Positions 50,554 to 60,943 of a DNA stretch of 64,000 nucleotides are shown here, piece after piece. Below the pieces are notes generated by a model. The model had not been told where the DNA came from. It saw only the letters and a list, made by a program, of their open reading frames with translations, and did not search any database. Origin of the DNA: Gammaproteobacteria bacterium. Its GTDB lineage: Bacteria > Pseudomonadota > Gammaproteobacteria > UBA4575. Each line of letters starts with the position of its first letter. Position 1 is the first letter of the stretch. The translations under genes were made by a program, and so were the position numbers. The stretch lies in NCBI GenBank assembly GCA_965223115.1, contig OZ244982.1, positions 378,577 to 442,576 of the forward strand, in the 5' to 3' direction.

Positions 50554-51279
50554 ATGTCAGATATCTTAACCCCAAACCACGTTGCAATTATCATGGATGG
50601 TAATGGCAGGTGGGCAAAACAACGTAAGTTGCCACGTACTGCTGGTCATAAAGAAGGTGTTAAAGCCACTCAGGAAATTATTAAGGCAAGTGGTGAGGCA
50701 GGTGTAAAATATCTAACCCTATTTGCATTCAGTAGTGAAAATTGGCAAAGACCTAAAAAAGAAGTTTCTGCATTAATGGATTTATTTATGCAGTCACTTA
50801 AAAATGAAGTAAAAGAATTAAATGAAAGTGGTGTACGATTAACGTTTCTTGGTCAAAAAGAAGCTTTTTCGAAAAGACTATGTCAACAAATTCAGAATGC
50901 TGAAAAACTTACTGCTTCAAATGATAAGTTGTTTTTAAATATAGCCGCGAATTATGGAGGTAAATGGGATATTTTACAGGCGGTAAAAAAAATTATTTAT
51001 GATGTGCAAAGTGGAGATCTAAATATTAATGCACTAAATGAATCTACATTAGAAAAGGAGCTAGCTACGAAAGGCATGCCTTCGCCAGATTTGTTTATCC
51101 GAACAGGTGGTGAGCAACGCATCAGTAATTTTTTGCTTTGGCAACTTGCTTATACAGAATTATATTTTTGTGACACGCTTTGGCCTGACTTTAATAAAAA
51201 AGAGCTAGAGATAGCATTTAATAATTACCAGCTCAGACAAAGAAGGTTTGGTCGAACGCAAGAGCAAGTTGCATGTTAA
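50554..51279 (+). CDS. uppS: Ditrans,polycis-undecaprenyl-diphosphate synthase
   Basis: HVAIIMDGNGRWA, LT.FAFSSENW.RP, DL.IRTGGE.R.SNFLLWQ.AY.ELYF.D.LWPDF. Confidence 0.95.
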   Translation: MSDILTPNHVAIIMDGNGRWAKQRKLPRTAGHKEGVKATQEIIKASGEAGVKYLTLFAFSSENWQRPKKEVSALMDLFMQSLKNEVKELNESGVRLTFLGQKEAFSKRLCQQIQNAEKLTASNDKLFLNIAANYGGKWDILQAVKKIIYDVQSGDLNINALNESTLEKELATKGMPSPDLFIRTGGEQRISNFLLWQLAYTELYFCDTLWPDFNKKELEIAFNNYQLRQRRFGRTQEQVAC

Positions 51280-52088
51280 AACAGCGAGTAGTTACTGCAA
51301 TAATTTTTGGTGCAATTATTGTAGTGTCAATTTTTAAAATGCCAAATAGTTGGCTTGCTATACTTTTTGCTGCAATTACTCTACTGGGGGCGTGGGAGTG
51401 GGCTAGTTTGATAGCACCGCAAAATTTAACCAGAAAGCTTTTGTATGTTGTGTTTATGGCAGCACTGATACTTGTTACCTGGATGCTTGCCAAACCTTAT
51501 CATATAAAAATAACTTTACTAATAGCAGGATTATGGTGGGCATTAGTTGTCATTTTTCTTACAGTTTTTGATTCAAATTGGTTGCAAGCTGCTTGGCTAC
51601 AAAATTTATTGGAGGTTTCGGGCTTTATAGTACTTGTGCCAGCATGGTTGGCACTTGTTGAGCTGCATCAGCAAGATCACATGGGGCCTATGAAATTAAT
51701 GTTTCTATTAGTATTGGTTTGGGTAGCAGATATTTCTGCTTATTTTGTGGGTAAGCGGTTTGGTAAAACTAAGTTAGCACCTGAACTAAGTCCAGGAAAG
51801 TCTCGGGAAGGTCTATGGGGAGCATTAACAGCTTCTATTATTATCGCTGTACTAGGAATTTATTTATTTAAACTGGATACCAAAATTTGGTTCTATTTTG
51901 GCTGTTTATGTTTGCTTACAGCTCTGATATCAGTGGTAGGGGATTTGTATGAGAGTTTATTAAAAAGGCATGCTGGGGTAAAAGATAGCGGCACTATATT
52001 ACCTGGTCATGGAGGTGTGCTAGATAGAATCGATAGTTTGACTGCTGCTGCTCCTGGCTTTGTTCTTGGCTTATACTGGGTAATATGA
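51273..52088 (+). CDS. cdsA: Phosphatidate cytidylyltransferase
   Basis: Polytopic membrane protein with the C-terminal signature S..KR..G.KDSG...PGHGG.LDR.DS. Confidence 0.92.
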   Translation: MLKQRVVTAIIFGAIIVVSIFKMPNSWLAILFAAITLLGAWEWASLIAPQNLTRKLLYVVFMAALILVTWMLAKPYHIKITLLIAGLWWALVVIFLTVFDSNWLQAAWLQNLLEVSGFIVLVPAWLALVELHQQDHMGPMKLMFLLVLVWVADISAYFVGKRFGKTKLAPELSPGKSREGLWGALTASIIIAVLGIYLFKLDTKIWFYFGCLCLLTALISVVGDLYESLLKRHAGVKDSGTILPGHGGVLDRIDSLTAAAPGFVLGLYWVI

Positions 52089-53302
52089 CTGAGTCAACAG
52101 CGATAAAAAACCTGACATTAGATAAAGTAGCCAACCTTTCAATCTTGGGTGCAACAGGTTCTGTAGGGGTCAACACTTTGGATGTAATTTCTCAGCATCC
52201 AGGAAAGTTTGCTGTAACTGTGCTTACAACGAACAATCAAATCGATCTTTTGTATCGGCAGTGCTTAAAGTTTCGTCCTAAGTTGGCTGTGGTTACGAAT
52301 GAAAGTTTAGCAGATGATTTTATAGCTAAGTTTTCAAGTGATGATTACCAACCTGAATTTCTATTTGGCGGTAATGGCTTAGAAATTGCTGCAAGTTTGT
52401 CAGAAGTGGATTTGGTCATGGCGGCAATTGTAGGCGCTGCAGGATTACCTGCAACTTTGGCAGCTGCCAAGGCGGGAAAAAAAATTTTACTTGCCAATAA
52501 AGAGGCGTTGGTGATGTCAGGTAACCTGTTGATGGAATTGGTTAAAAATAATAATTCTTTAATATTGCCCATTGATAGTGAACATAATGCTGTATTTCAA
52601 TGTCTACCAGAGAACTATGAGAATAGTATGATTGAAAAAATTATACTCACTGCGTCAGGAGGACCTTTTTTAAACAAGCCGTTGAATGAATTCGAAAATA
52701 TTACCCCTGAAGAAGCATGTGCACATCCAAATTGGAAAATGGGTAAAAAGATTTCTGTTGATTCAGCAACAATGATGAATAAAGGGCTGGAAGTAATTGA
52801 AGCTTGTAAATTATTTAAAAGGAAGTTTATGGATATAGAAGTTGTAATTCATCCACAGTCTATTATTCATTCATTAGTTGCTTATCCAGATGGTTCTATG
52901 CTTGCGCACTTAGCTTATCCAGACATGCGCGTTCCTATTGCGCATGCTTTGGCATGGCCGCAGCGTATATCATCTGGTGTAGATATAATGGATTTGATTA
53001 AAATAGGTAAATTTGAATTTATTGAACCTGATGTGAAACGATTTCCTTGTTTACAGTTGGCATATGATGCATTGGAGTCTGCTGAGAGTGCAACAACAGT
53101 TTTAAATGCTGCAAATGAAATTGCAGTAGAAAATTTTTTAAATAATAAAATAAAATTTACAAATATACCTACAGTTGTTGATGCTGCTTTGCAAAATTTA
53201 GAACATGAAGATGTACATGATCTTGAAACTGTATTTGCCAAAGATGAGCAGACACGATTGTATGCACAAAACTTTATTGAAAATAAACTATTGAGGCATT
53301 AG
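52085..53302 (+). CDS. dxr: 1-deoxy-D-xylulose-5-phosphate reductoisomerase
   Basis: ILGATGSVG..TLDV, LANKE.LV, PIDSEH.A.FQCL, LTASGGPF, HPNW.MG.KISVDSATMMNKGLE.IEA. Confidence 0.95.
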   Translation: MTESTAIKNLTLDKVANLSILGATGSVGVNTLDVISQHPGKFAVTVLTTNNQIDLLYRQCLKFRPKLAVVTNESLADDFIAKFSSDDYQPEFLFGGNGLEIAASLSEVDLVMAAIVGAAGLPATLAAAKAGKKILLANKEALVMSGNLLMELVKNNNSLILPIDSEHNAVFQCLPENYENSMIEKIILTASGGPFLNKPLNEFENITPEEACAHPNWKMGKKISVDSATMMNKGLEVIEACKLFKRKFMDIEVVIHPQSIIHSLVAYPDGSMLAHLAYPDMRVPIAHALAWPQRISSGVDIMDLIKIGKFEFIEPDVKRFPCLQLAYDALESAESATTVLNAANEIAVENFLNNKIKFTNIPTVVDAALQNLEHEDVHDLETVFAKDEQTRLYAQNFIENKLLRH

Positions 53303-53304
53303 CT

Positions 53305-54663
53305 GTGCAGATGTTGATGTATATATTAGCTTTTATAGTTGCTGTTAGTATTATCGTTACAGTGCATGAGTTTGGTCATTATTGGGTTGCAAAGAAGCTT
53401 GGAGTAAAGGTGTTACGCTTTTCAGTTGGCTTTGGTAAGCCTTTGTATAAAAGGCTGGCTGGAAAAGATAATACTGAATATGTGCTTGCCAGTATTCCGT
53501 TGGGTGGTTACGTAAAAATGCTGGATGAACGTGAAGGGGAAGTGCAAGAGAATGATGTGCATCGTGCTTTTAATCGGCAGACTGTTTGGAAAAGATTTGC
53601 AATTGTAGCGGCAGGTCCAATGTTTAATTTTATATTTGCTGTAATTGCCTATTGGCTTACATTTATGGTGGGTGTAGATGGAGTCAAGCCAACAGTTGGA
53701 GAGGTGGCAGAAAATAGTATCGCTTATCATGCGCAGATTTCGCCAAATGAAAGCTTTGTTTCAGTTGAAGGTGTTGCGGTGCAGACTTGGCAGCAAACAA
53801 CAATTCAATTACTAGATAAAGCACTAAAACACGGTACAGTAAAAGCTACCGTACAAGATGAAAATTTAAATCAAAAAGAAGTTGCTTTAGATTTAAGTAA
53901 TACCAAGCAATTACTTTCAGAAGGAAATTTATTAGAAAAAATTGGTATCACGCCTTGGCGATATCAATATAAGCCTATATTTGGTGAACTTACTTCAGGT
54001 GTTGCAAAATCTATAGGTATTCAAACTGGTGATCGTGTAATTAGCGTTGATGGGAAAAATGTAGATACTTGGATTGAGGTGGTTACCTATATTCAAGCTC
54101 GAGCCGATGTAGAGATTGACCTTGTAGTGCAGCGAGATTTTGAGCGTTTAGCATTTAAACTTGTGCCAAAGCCAGAAAAGCAAAATGGAGAAATAGTTGG
54201 TCGTATTGGCGCATATCCATTTGTAGATGAAGCTCAACTTGAAGCGCAAAGAGTAGTGGTGCGCTATAGTTTTCTGGAAGCACTGAGTAGAGGGGTTAGC
54301 GAAACTTGGGATTATTCAATTCTGACCTTGAAGCTATTATGGAAACTAATAACTGGTGAAGCTTCATTGAAAAATATCAGTGGGCCTATAACGATAGCTG
54401 AATATGCCGGAGTATCGGCGGCAATAGGTTTTTCAGCTTTTGTAGGGGCATTAGCATTTATAAGTATTGCTATAGGTGTTTTGAACCTATTGCCAATCCC
54501 AGTACTAGATGGCGGTCATTTATTCTATTATATAATTGAGATTATAAAAGGTAGTCCTGTATCGGAACAGTTTGAGGCTATGGGGCAACGTGTAGGTATT
54601 GTAATGCTTGCCGGTCTAATGAGTTTAGCTTTTTATAACGATATACATCGATTAATACAATAA
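53305..54663 (+). CDS. rseP: Site-2 protease RseP (zinc metalloprotease)
   Basis: HEFGHY zinc motif, PDZ region, C-terminal NLLPIP.LDGGH. GTG start. Confidence 0.93.
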   Translation: MQMLMYILAFIVAVSIIVTVHEFGHYWVAKKLGVKVLRFSVGFGKPLYKRLAGKDNTEYVLASIPLGGYVKMLDEREGEVQENDVHRAFNRQTVWKRFAIVAAGPMFNFIFAVIAYWLTFMVGVDGVKPTVGEVAENSIAYHAQISPNESFVSVEGVAVQTWQQTTIQLLDKALKHGTVKATVQDENLNQKEVALDLSNTKQLLSEGNLLEKIGITPWRYQYKPIFGELTSGVAKSIGIQTGDRVISVDGKNVDTWIEVVTYIQARADVEIDLVVQRDFERLAFKLVPKPEKQNGEIVGRIGAYPFVDEAQLEAQRVVVRYSFLEALSRGVSETWDYSILTLKLLWKLITGEASLKNISGPITIAEYAGVSAAIGFSAFVGALAFISIAIGVLNLLPIPVLDGGHLFYYIIEIIKGSPVSEQFEAMGQRVGIVMLAGLMSLAFYNDIHRLIQ

Positions 54664-54672
54664 AATAATAAT

Positions 54673-56961
54673 ATGCTGTTAGTTATCATTAGGCGTATAG
54701 CGCTTACTGCTTTGTTAGGTATTTTTGCCTTTCCGGCAATGGCAGAAACATTTCGCCTGCAAGATATTCAGATTGAAGGTTTGGAGCGTATAGAGGCAGG
54801 TGCTGTATTTACTTATTTGCCAGTAAAGGTTGGTGATCAGTTGGATGAGCATCAAACGGCAAATATTATTCGCACTTTATATAAAACTGGTTTTTTTAAA
54901 GATATCGAACTACGTCGAGAAGGAAATGTTTTAGTTGTAGTAGTGCAAGAACGGCCGGCAATAGCCAGTATAGGTTTTGATGGAAATAAAATTCTTGATG
55001 ATGAACAATTAACAGAAGTATTAACAGGAGTTGGAATTGCTAGTGGACGAGTTTTTAATCGTCCTGTTTTGGAGCGTTTAGAAAATGAGTTATTGCAGCA
55101 ATATTATGCGTTAGGGAAGTATAGTGTAAATATAGATACTAAAATACGTGAGTTGGAACGAAATCGTGTAGATGTTGCTATTCAAATTATTGAAGGTGAT
55201 GTAGCTAAAATAAAACAAGTTAAGGTTGTTGGGAATACTTCATTTGAAGAAGAAGAATTAATTGATGATTTTGAATCTGGGTTAAAGCCTTGGTATAAAT
55301 TTTGGGGTACTCGAGATCGGTATGCTAAACCTAAGTTGCAGGGTGACTTGGAGATTTTACGTTCACATTATCTTAATCATGGGTATCTAAAGTTCGACAT
55401 AAAATCCACTCAAGTATCTATTAGCCCAGATAAAGAAGATGTATTTATCACTATTAATATTGATGAAGGTGACCAATACATTTTGGAGAGTGTAGATCTG
55501 GCTGGTAAATTTATTTTTCCTGAAGAAGAATTGAGAACGTTAATTGATCTCGTGCCTGGAGAAACGTTTTCACGTGCAAAAATAGTTCGATCTAGAGAAG
55601 CAATCTCAAATCGTTTGGGAGATAAAGGTTATGCATTTTCAAATATTAATGTAGTTCCAGAAGTAGATGAAGAAAACAAGAGTGTAAAAGTAACGATGTT
55701 CATTGATCCTGGAAAACGCGTATATGTGCGAAGAATAAATTTTACAGGCCATGAAACCACTCGAGACGAAGTATATCGAAGGGAACTTAGACAAATGGAA
55801 GGTGGTTGGTACTCACAGGCTAATGTAGAGAGTTCAAGGCGCAGAATACAAAGATTAAGCTATGTAGAATCTGTGGAAATAGATACTGAAAAAGTGCCTG
55901 GTGCAGATGATTTGGTAGATTTGAATATATCTATTGCAGAGCGCTTAGCGGGTAGTTTCAATATTGGTGCTGGATTATCTGGAAGCCAAGGTGCAGTGGT
56001 AACCACAAGTGTTAGCCAGGAAAACTTTTTAGGTACAGGAAAAACAGTGTCTTTTTCAATTAATACCAGCAAGGTAAATACTGTTTTTGATTTAGGTTAT
56101 GTCAATCCTTACTATACAATAGATGGTGTTAGTCGTGGGTTTGGTTTTTCTTATGTTTCGACTGAAGCAGATGAAGCCGATATATCAGATTTTGATTCTG
56201 ATAGATTCAGTGGAAGGATTAATTATAGTATTCCATTAACGGAGACTGACCGGGTGGGTGCTAGATTATCGTTGGCGGGTACAAATATAGGTACTGGTGC
56301 CAATACACCTGTCGAGGTGCTTGAATTTATCGAAGAAAATGATGATCGATATATTAATCTTGTTGCGTTTACGAACTATATTCATGATACACGTAATCGC
56401 AGCCTATTCCCTAATGAAGGTAACCGACAAATACTATCATTCGAGTTAACGGTGCCAGGGAGTGATTTAGAATATTATAAGCTCAACTACGAAAATGTCT
56501 TTTATTTTCCCCTAAGCGAATTATTTACGCTGTCGTTAGCTAGTGAAATCGGTTATGGTGATCAATATGGTGATACGACAGATTTGCCATTTTTTGAGAA
56601 GTTTCGTGCAGGTGGTTTTGATTCAGTTCGTGGATATGAGAACAATAGCTTAGGCCCTAGAGACTCATTTGATGATTCCTTTGGGGGTAATTTTCTAACT
56701 ACGGCAAGAGCACAGTTATTTTTTCCGCCACCTTTTTTTGAAAGTAAAAATAAAGCACGTTTGAGTCTTTTTGTAGATGCCGGTAATGTGTTTGAGGAGT
56801 TTGAGGATTTTGATGCCAGTGAGGTGCGTGGTTCATTTGGTTTAGGCGTCAACTGGATAACAGGTTTCGGTGGTATAAGTGCAGCAGTTGCATCAACATT
56901 TAACGATGATTCAGAAGATGATACAGAGTCTTTTCAATTTAGCTTAGGGACAAGTTTTTAG
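54673..56961 (+). CDS. bamA: Outer membrane protein assembly factor BamA
   Basis: Signal peptide, five POTRA-like repeats (I..I.IEG........V), a C-terminal beta-barrel ending ...F.F.LGTSF, and rseP-bamA-skp synteny. Confidence 0.95.
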   Translation: MLLVIIRRIALTALLGIFAFPAMAETFRLQDIQIEGLERIEAGAVFTYLPVKVGDQLDEHQTANIIRTLYKTGFFKDIELRREGNVLVVVVQERPAIASIGFDGNKILDDEQLTEVLTGVGIASGRVFNRPVLERLENELLQQYYALGKYSVNIDTKIRELERNRVDVAIQIIEGDVAKIKQVKVVGNTSFEEEELIDDFESGLKPWYKFWGTRDRYAKPKLQGDLEILRSHYLNHGYLKFDIKSTQVSISPDKEDVFITINIDEGDQYILESVDLAGKFIFPEEELRTLIDLVPGETFSRAKIVRSREAISNRLGDKGYAFSNINVVPEVDEENKSVKVTMFIDPGKRVYVRRINFTGHETTRDEVYRRELRQMEGGWYSQANVESSRRRIQRLSYVESVEIDTEKVPGADDLVDLNISIAERLAGSFNIGAGLSGSQGAVVTTSVSQENFLGTGKTVSFSINTSKVNTVFDLGYVNPYYTIDGVSRGFGFSYVSTEADEADISDFDSDRFSGRINYSIPLTETDRVGARLSLAGTNIGTGANTPVEVLEFIEENDDRYINLVAFTNYIHDTRNRSLFPNEGNRQILSFELTVPGSDLEYYKLNYENVFYFPLSELFTLSLASEIGYGDQYGDTTDLPFFEKFRAGGFDSVRGYENNSLGPRDSFDDSFGGNFLTTARAQLFFPPPFFESKNKARLSLFVDAGNVFEEFEDFDASEVRGSFGLGVNWITGFGGISAAVASTFNDDSEDDTESFQFSLGTSF

Positions 56962-56981
56962 AAGCTTTATAGGAGATAAAA

Positions 56982-57485
56982 GTGAAATCATATAATTTAA
57001 AGTACCTATTCTTTATGCTAATCCTAATCCCAGGGATAGTGTGTGCAGAAGCAAAAATTGGATTTGTAAATATGGCTGAAATTATGGAGAAATCACCTCA
57101 AGCAGATGCAGCGCGCAAAGCTTTAGAAAAAGAGTTCTCAAGTCGTGATAAAAAATTAACTGCCGTACGTGATGAAATACTAAAACTGGAAGAAACTCTA
57201 AAACAAGATGGTGCTATTATGAGCGATAATAGACGTTCTGAGTTAGAGAAAGAAATTTTAAATAAAAAGAGAGAATATAATCGGCAACAAGACGAACTAC
57301 GTGAAGATTTTAATATTCGACGTAATGAGGAGTTAGGTAAGTTGCAAAAAAATGTACATAAAGTCATTGTTAGTGTCGCTAAAAATGAAAATTATGATTT
57401 GGTTGTTACGCAACCTGTAGTTTTTGCAAGTAGTCGAATAGATTTGACTGAGCGCGTTTTGAAGGAGCTACAAGATACTCAGTAA
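56982..57485 (+). CDS. skp: Periplasmic chaperone Skp (OmpH)
   Basis: Signal peptide, KIGFVNM..I, and a long charged coiled-coil arm between bamA and lpxD. GTG start. Confidence 0.88.
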   Translation: MKSYNLKYLFFMLILIPGIVCAEAKIGFVNMAEIMEKSPQADAARKALEKEFSSRDKKLTAVRDEILKLEETLKQDGAIMSDNRRSELEKEILNKKREYNRQQDELREDFNIRRNEELGKLQKNVHKVIVSVAKNENYDLVVTQPVVFASSRIDLTERVLKELQDTQ

Positions 57486-57499
57486 AAATAACTAATATA

Positions 57500-58507
57500 G
57501 TGTCTTTTACACTTGCAAAATTATCTGAGCTGACTACGACAAAGGTAGTAGGTGATTCATCTTGCAAAATCGATAACGTCAGTAGTCTTGATAATGCTAA
57601 GGATGGTTCAATTGCTTTTTTTGCCAACCCAAAGTTAAAAGATCTGCTCAAAAAAACAAAAGCTTCTGCAGTCATATTAAGTGAAGAGTTTTTAGATCTA
57701 TGTCCCACTCATGCATTAATCTCTGATAATCCATATCTAGCTTTTGCAAAAGTTGCAACATTGCTAAATCCAGTGCCTGAGCGTAATTCAGGTATACATC
57801 CTACAGCAATTATTTCAGATAGCGTGGTGCTTGGGGATAATTGTTATATTGGGCCTTATACAATTATTGAGCAAGATTGTGTTATAGGTAGTAACGTCAA
57901 TATTGGTTCAAATTGTGTACTTTATGAATCCTGTTCGGTTGGAGAAAATTGTCGATTGGTAAATCATGTAACTTTGTGTCATAAAACTATTTTAGGTAAG
58001 CGCGTTACAATTCATCCAGGAGCTGTTATCGGTAGTGATGGGTTTGGCCTCGCTAATGAGGAAGGTAAGTGGGTTAAGATTCCGCAATTAGGTCGAGTGC
58101 AAATAGGGGATGATGTAGAAATAGGTGCTAATACGACTATTGATCGAGGTTCGTTGGGAGATACGATTCTTGAAGAGGGTGTGAAGCTCGATAATCAGAT
58201 TCAAATAGCGCATAACGTAAAAATTGGTGCACATACTGCTATAGCAGCATGCGTTGGTATTGCAGGAAGTACACATATAGGTAAATATTGCGGTATTGGT
58301 GGTGGTGCCGGGATAGGTGGGCACCTTAAAATTGCAGACCATGTTACGCTGGGTGGTATGACGAGGGTAACACGGTCAATAAAAGAAGCAGGTGCTTATG
58401 TATCGGGGACACCAGTGCAACCTTATAAAAAATGGTTGAAAAGCTCAGCATTATTTAACAAATTTGATGAGTTGGCTAACCGTATTAAAAAGTTAGAAAA
58501 ATTGTGA
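57500..58507 (+). CDS. lpxD: UDP-3-O-(3-hydroxyacyl)glucosamine N-acyltransferase
   Basis: Left-handed beta-helix hexapeptide repeats, GSDGFG, QIGHNV-like QIAHNVKIG motif, and skp-lpxD-fabZ-lpxA synteny. GTG start. Confidence 0.93.
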   Translation: MSFTLAKLSELTTTKVVGDSSCKIDNVSSLDNAKDGSIAFFANPKLKDLLKKTKASAVILSEEFLDLCPTHALISDNPYLAFAKVATLLNPVPERNSGIHPTAIISDSVVLGDNCYIGPYTIIEQDCVIGSNVNIGSNCVLYESCSVGENCRLVNHVTLCHKTILGKRVTIHPGAVIGSDGFGLANEEGKWVKIPQLGRVQIGDDVEIGANTTIDRGSLGDTILEEGVKLDNQIQIAHNVKIGAHTAIAACVGIAGSTHIGKYCGIGGGAGIGGHLKIADHVTLGGMTRVTRSIKEAGAYVSGTPVQPYKKWLKSSALFNKFDELANRIKKLEKL

Positions 58508-58514
58508 ATCAAAT

Positions 58515-58967
58515 ATGGCTGAGATGACAATTCATGATATTTTAAAGTTTTTGCCGCACAGGTATCCTTTTTTATTAGTAGATCGTGTGCTAGAAAATAA
58601 AATAGGTGAATCCATTCTGGCATTGAAAAATGTCAGCTATAACGAACCTTTTTTTCAAGGTCATTTCCCATCAGCTCCAGTAATGCCAGGTGTACTAATA
58701 TTAGAAGCACTTGCACAAGCATCTGGATTACTTGCATTAAGCAACCCGGAATGGCGTCCTGATGACGAAAGTTTATATTTATTCGTAGGGATTGATAAGG
58801 CGCGTTTTAAAAGACAAGTCAGTCCTGGAGATCAACTTATATTGGATGTGAAGTTGATACGGCATAAGCGTGGTTTTGGTGTATTTAATGCAACCGCATG
58901 CGTTGGTGAGGAAGTTGCAGCTACGGCTGAACTTATGTGTGTATTTAAAGAAGTTGAAACAAAATGA
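58515..58967 (+). CDS. fabZ: 3-hydroxyacyl-[ACP] dehydratase FabZ
   Basis: [30 protein letters not shown]. Confidence 0.96.
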   Translation: MAEMTIHDILKFLPHRYPFLLVDRVLENKIGESILALKNVSYNEPFFQGHFPSAPVMPGVLILEALAQASGLLALSNPEWRPDDESLYLFVGIDKARFKRQVSPGDQLILDVKLIRHKRGFGVFNATACVGEEVAATAELMCVFKEVETK

Positions 58968-58980
58968 GCCATTAACTACG

Positions 58981-59781
58981 ATGTCTTCAGTAATGGCTAA
59001 TGACAATATAGACATACACTCAACAGCAATAGTTGACCCAAGCGCTAAACTTAGTGCAAACGTAACAGTTGGTCCTTACACAATAATTGGTTCTGATGTT
59101 GTGATTGGGAAAAATACATGGGTTGGTCCACATGTTGTAATCAATGGCCCTACAATCATTGGTTCTAGGAATCGAATTTTTCAATTTTCATCTATTGGTG
59201 AGATACCTCAGGATAAAAAATATCAGGGAGAGCAAAGCGAACTACTTATAGGTGATGATAATACAATAAGAGAATATGTAACCATTAACCGTGGTACTGA
59301 GCAGGATAAAGGTTATACAAAGCTAGGTAATCGAAATTGGATTATGGCCTATGTGCACATTGCCCATGATTGTACCGTTGCAGATGACACAATATTCGCA
59401 AATGGCACTACTTTGGCTGGGCACGTTAATGTGGAAGATTTCGCAATTCTTGGAGGCTTTACATTAGTACATCAATTTTGTCGAGTTGGTGCCCATTCAT
59501 TTTGTGCAATGGGTACGGCATTAAATAGAGACCTTCCTCCATTTGTGATGGCGTCAGGCAATTATGCGACTACACATGGTTTAAATAAAGAAGGGCTACG
59601 GCGTAGAGGTTTTAGTGAGGAGTGTATACAAGCTTTGCATAAAGCATATAAATTACTCATACGTAGTAAAGGATCTAGAGAAGATGCGCTTTCACAAGTC
59701 AAAGAACTTGCAATAAAGCATCCTGAGGTGCAGCAGTTTTTAGAATTTGTTTTATCAAGTAAAAGAGGAATTGTTCAATAG
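58981..59781 (+). CDS. lpxA: Acyl-[ACP]--UDP-N-acetylglucosamine O-acyltransferase
   Basis: IHSTAIVDP.A.L...V.VGP...IG, hexapeptide repeats, IAHDC, GLN..GL.RRGFS. The start is taken at ATG 58981 after the fabZ stop; the longer track ORF overlaps fabZ. Confidence 0.93.
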   Translation: MSSVMANDNIDIHSTAIVDPSAKLSANVTVGPYTIIGSDVVIGKNTWVGPHVVINGPTIIGSRNRIFQFSSIGEIPQDKKYQGEQSELLIGDDNTIREYVTINRGTEQDKGYTKLGNRNWIMAYVHIAHDCTVADDTIFANGTTLAGHVNVEDFAILGGFTLVHQFCRVGAHSFCAMGTALNRDLPPFVMASGNYATTHGLNKEGLRRRGFSEECIQALHKAYKLLIRSKGSREDALSQVKELAIKHPEVQQFLEFVLSSKRGIVQ

Positions 59782-59785
59782 CGAA

Positions 59786-60943
59786 TCAATTAGATACTAT
59801 TAAGTTAGCAGCAAGTTTGGCCGCAGCAGTTGCGCCATCGTTACCCCCTAACTTTTCTTTAATGCTAAGCATTTCATTTTTCATTTTCTGTACGTAGTCA
59901 TTATCCAGCAATAATTTTTCTAGCTCGTTGGCAATATTATTAGCAGTTGCTTTATCTTGGATAAATTCACGACTGATTTCCTTATCTGCAAGTACATTCG
60001 CAATACCGGCATAGGTAAATTTAACTATATTTTTTAGGATTTTATAAGTTAATGGTGAAATTTTGTAAACGATAAGCATAGGTGTTTGCATGAGAGTGAT
60101 TTGCAAAGTAACGGTTCCTGAGGCTGCAGCAATTGCATCGCATGATGCAATAACGTCATAAATATCAGCTGTCGTAGTAGTGATATTGAGACTAGATTCG
60201 TTAATGTGGTTTTGGATAAGATTGATAGATAATGTACTCGCAACAGGTGTAATGAATTGCACGTTGTTCACGCGGTTTGCTACTAATTTTGCTGCTTCTA
60301 ACATTACTGGATAGTTTTTTTCGATTTCACTCACTCGGCTGCCAGGAAAAATCCCCACTAATTTTTTATTAGGATCTAATTTTTCTTGTGTTATGAATTT
60401 ATCTTTAGAAATGTGTGATATCGCATCTTTTACTAACGGGTGCCCAACAAATTCTACTGGTACTCCTGCATCTTCATAAAATTTAACTTCAAATGGAAAA
60501 ACAACAGCCATTTGATCTACATATTTTTGGATTATTTTTATACGTGATGATCGCCATGCCCAAATTTGTGGACTTATGTAATACATTACTTTAATGCTAT
60601 ATTTTTTTGCTGTCTTAGCTAGAGGTAAGTTGAAGTCTGGTGAGTCAATCAATACTAATAAATCAGGAGGGTTGTTCTTTAGCTCCGATTTCATTCTGTT
60701 ATGAATTTTTTTTAAGCGTGGATAATGTTTCAATACTTCAACAAGGCCCGCAACTGAAAGTTCAGCAGCATTGACAAGAGCATTAAATCCAGCCTGCTGC
60801 ATTTTTTCTCCACCCAAGCCATAACAGTTAATATCTGGTAAAAGTTTTTTTAGGGCTTGTACTAATTTTGCTCCATGTAAGTCTCCTGATGCTTCACCAA
60901 CTACAATCATTATTCGTGGCGAATTATCTATTTCATTTTGCAT
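59786..60943 (-). CDS. lpxB: Lipid-A-disaccharide synthase
   Basis: I.IVVGEASGDLHGAKL..AL....P, the GT19 layout, and SGT..LQ/E motifs. It is on the opposite strand to lpxA, with only 4 bp between the stops. The start is ATG 60943 or 60961. Confidence 0.88.
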   Translation of the reverse strand: MQNEIDNSPRIMIVVGEASGDLHGAKLVQALKKLLPDINCYGLGGEKMQQAGFNALVNAAELSVAGLVEVLKHYPRLKKIHNRMKSELKNNPPDLLVLIDSPDFNLPLAKTAKKYSIKVMYYISPQIWAWRSSRIKIIQKYVDQMAVVFPFEVKFYEDAGVPVEFVGHPLVKDAISHISKDKFITQEKLDPNKKLVGIFPGSRVSEIEKNYPVMLEAAKLVANRVNNVQFITPVASTLSINLIQNHINESSLNITTTTADIYDVIASCDAIAAASGTVTLQITLMQTPMLIVYKISPLTYKILKNIVKFTYAGIANVLADKEISREFIQDKATANNIANELEKLLLDNDYVQKMKNEMLSIKEKLGGNDGATAAAKLAANLIVSN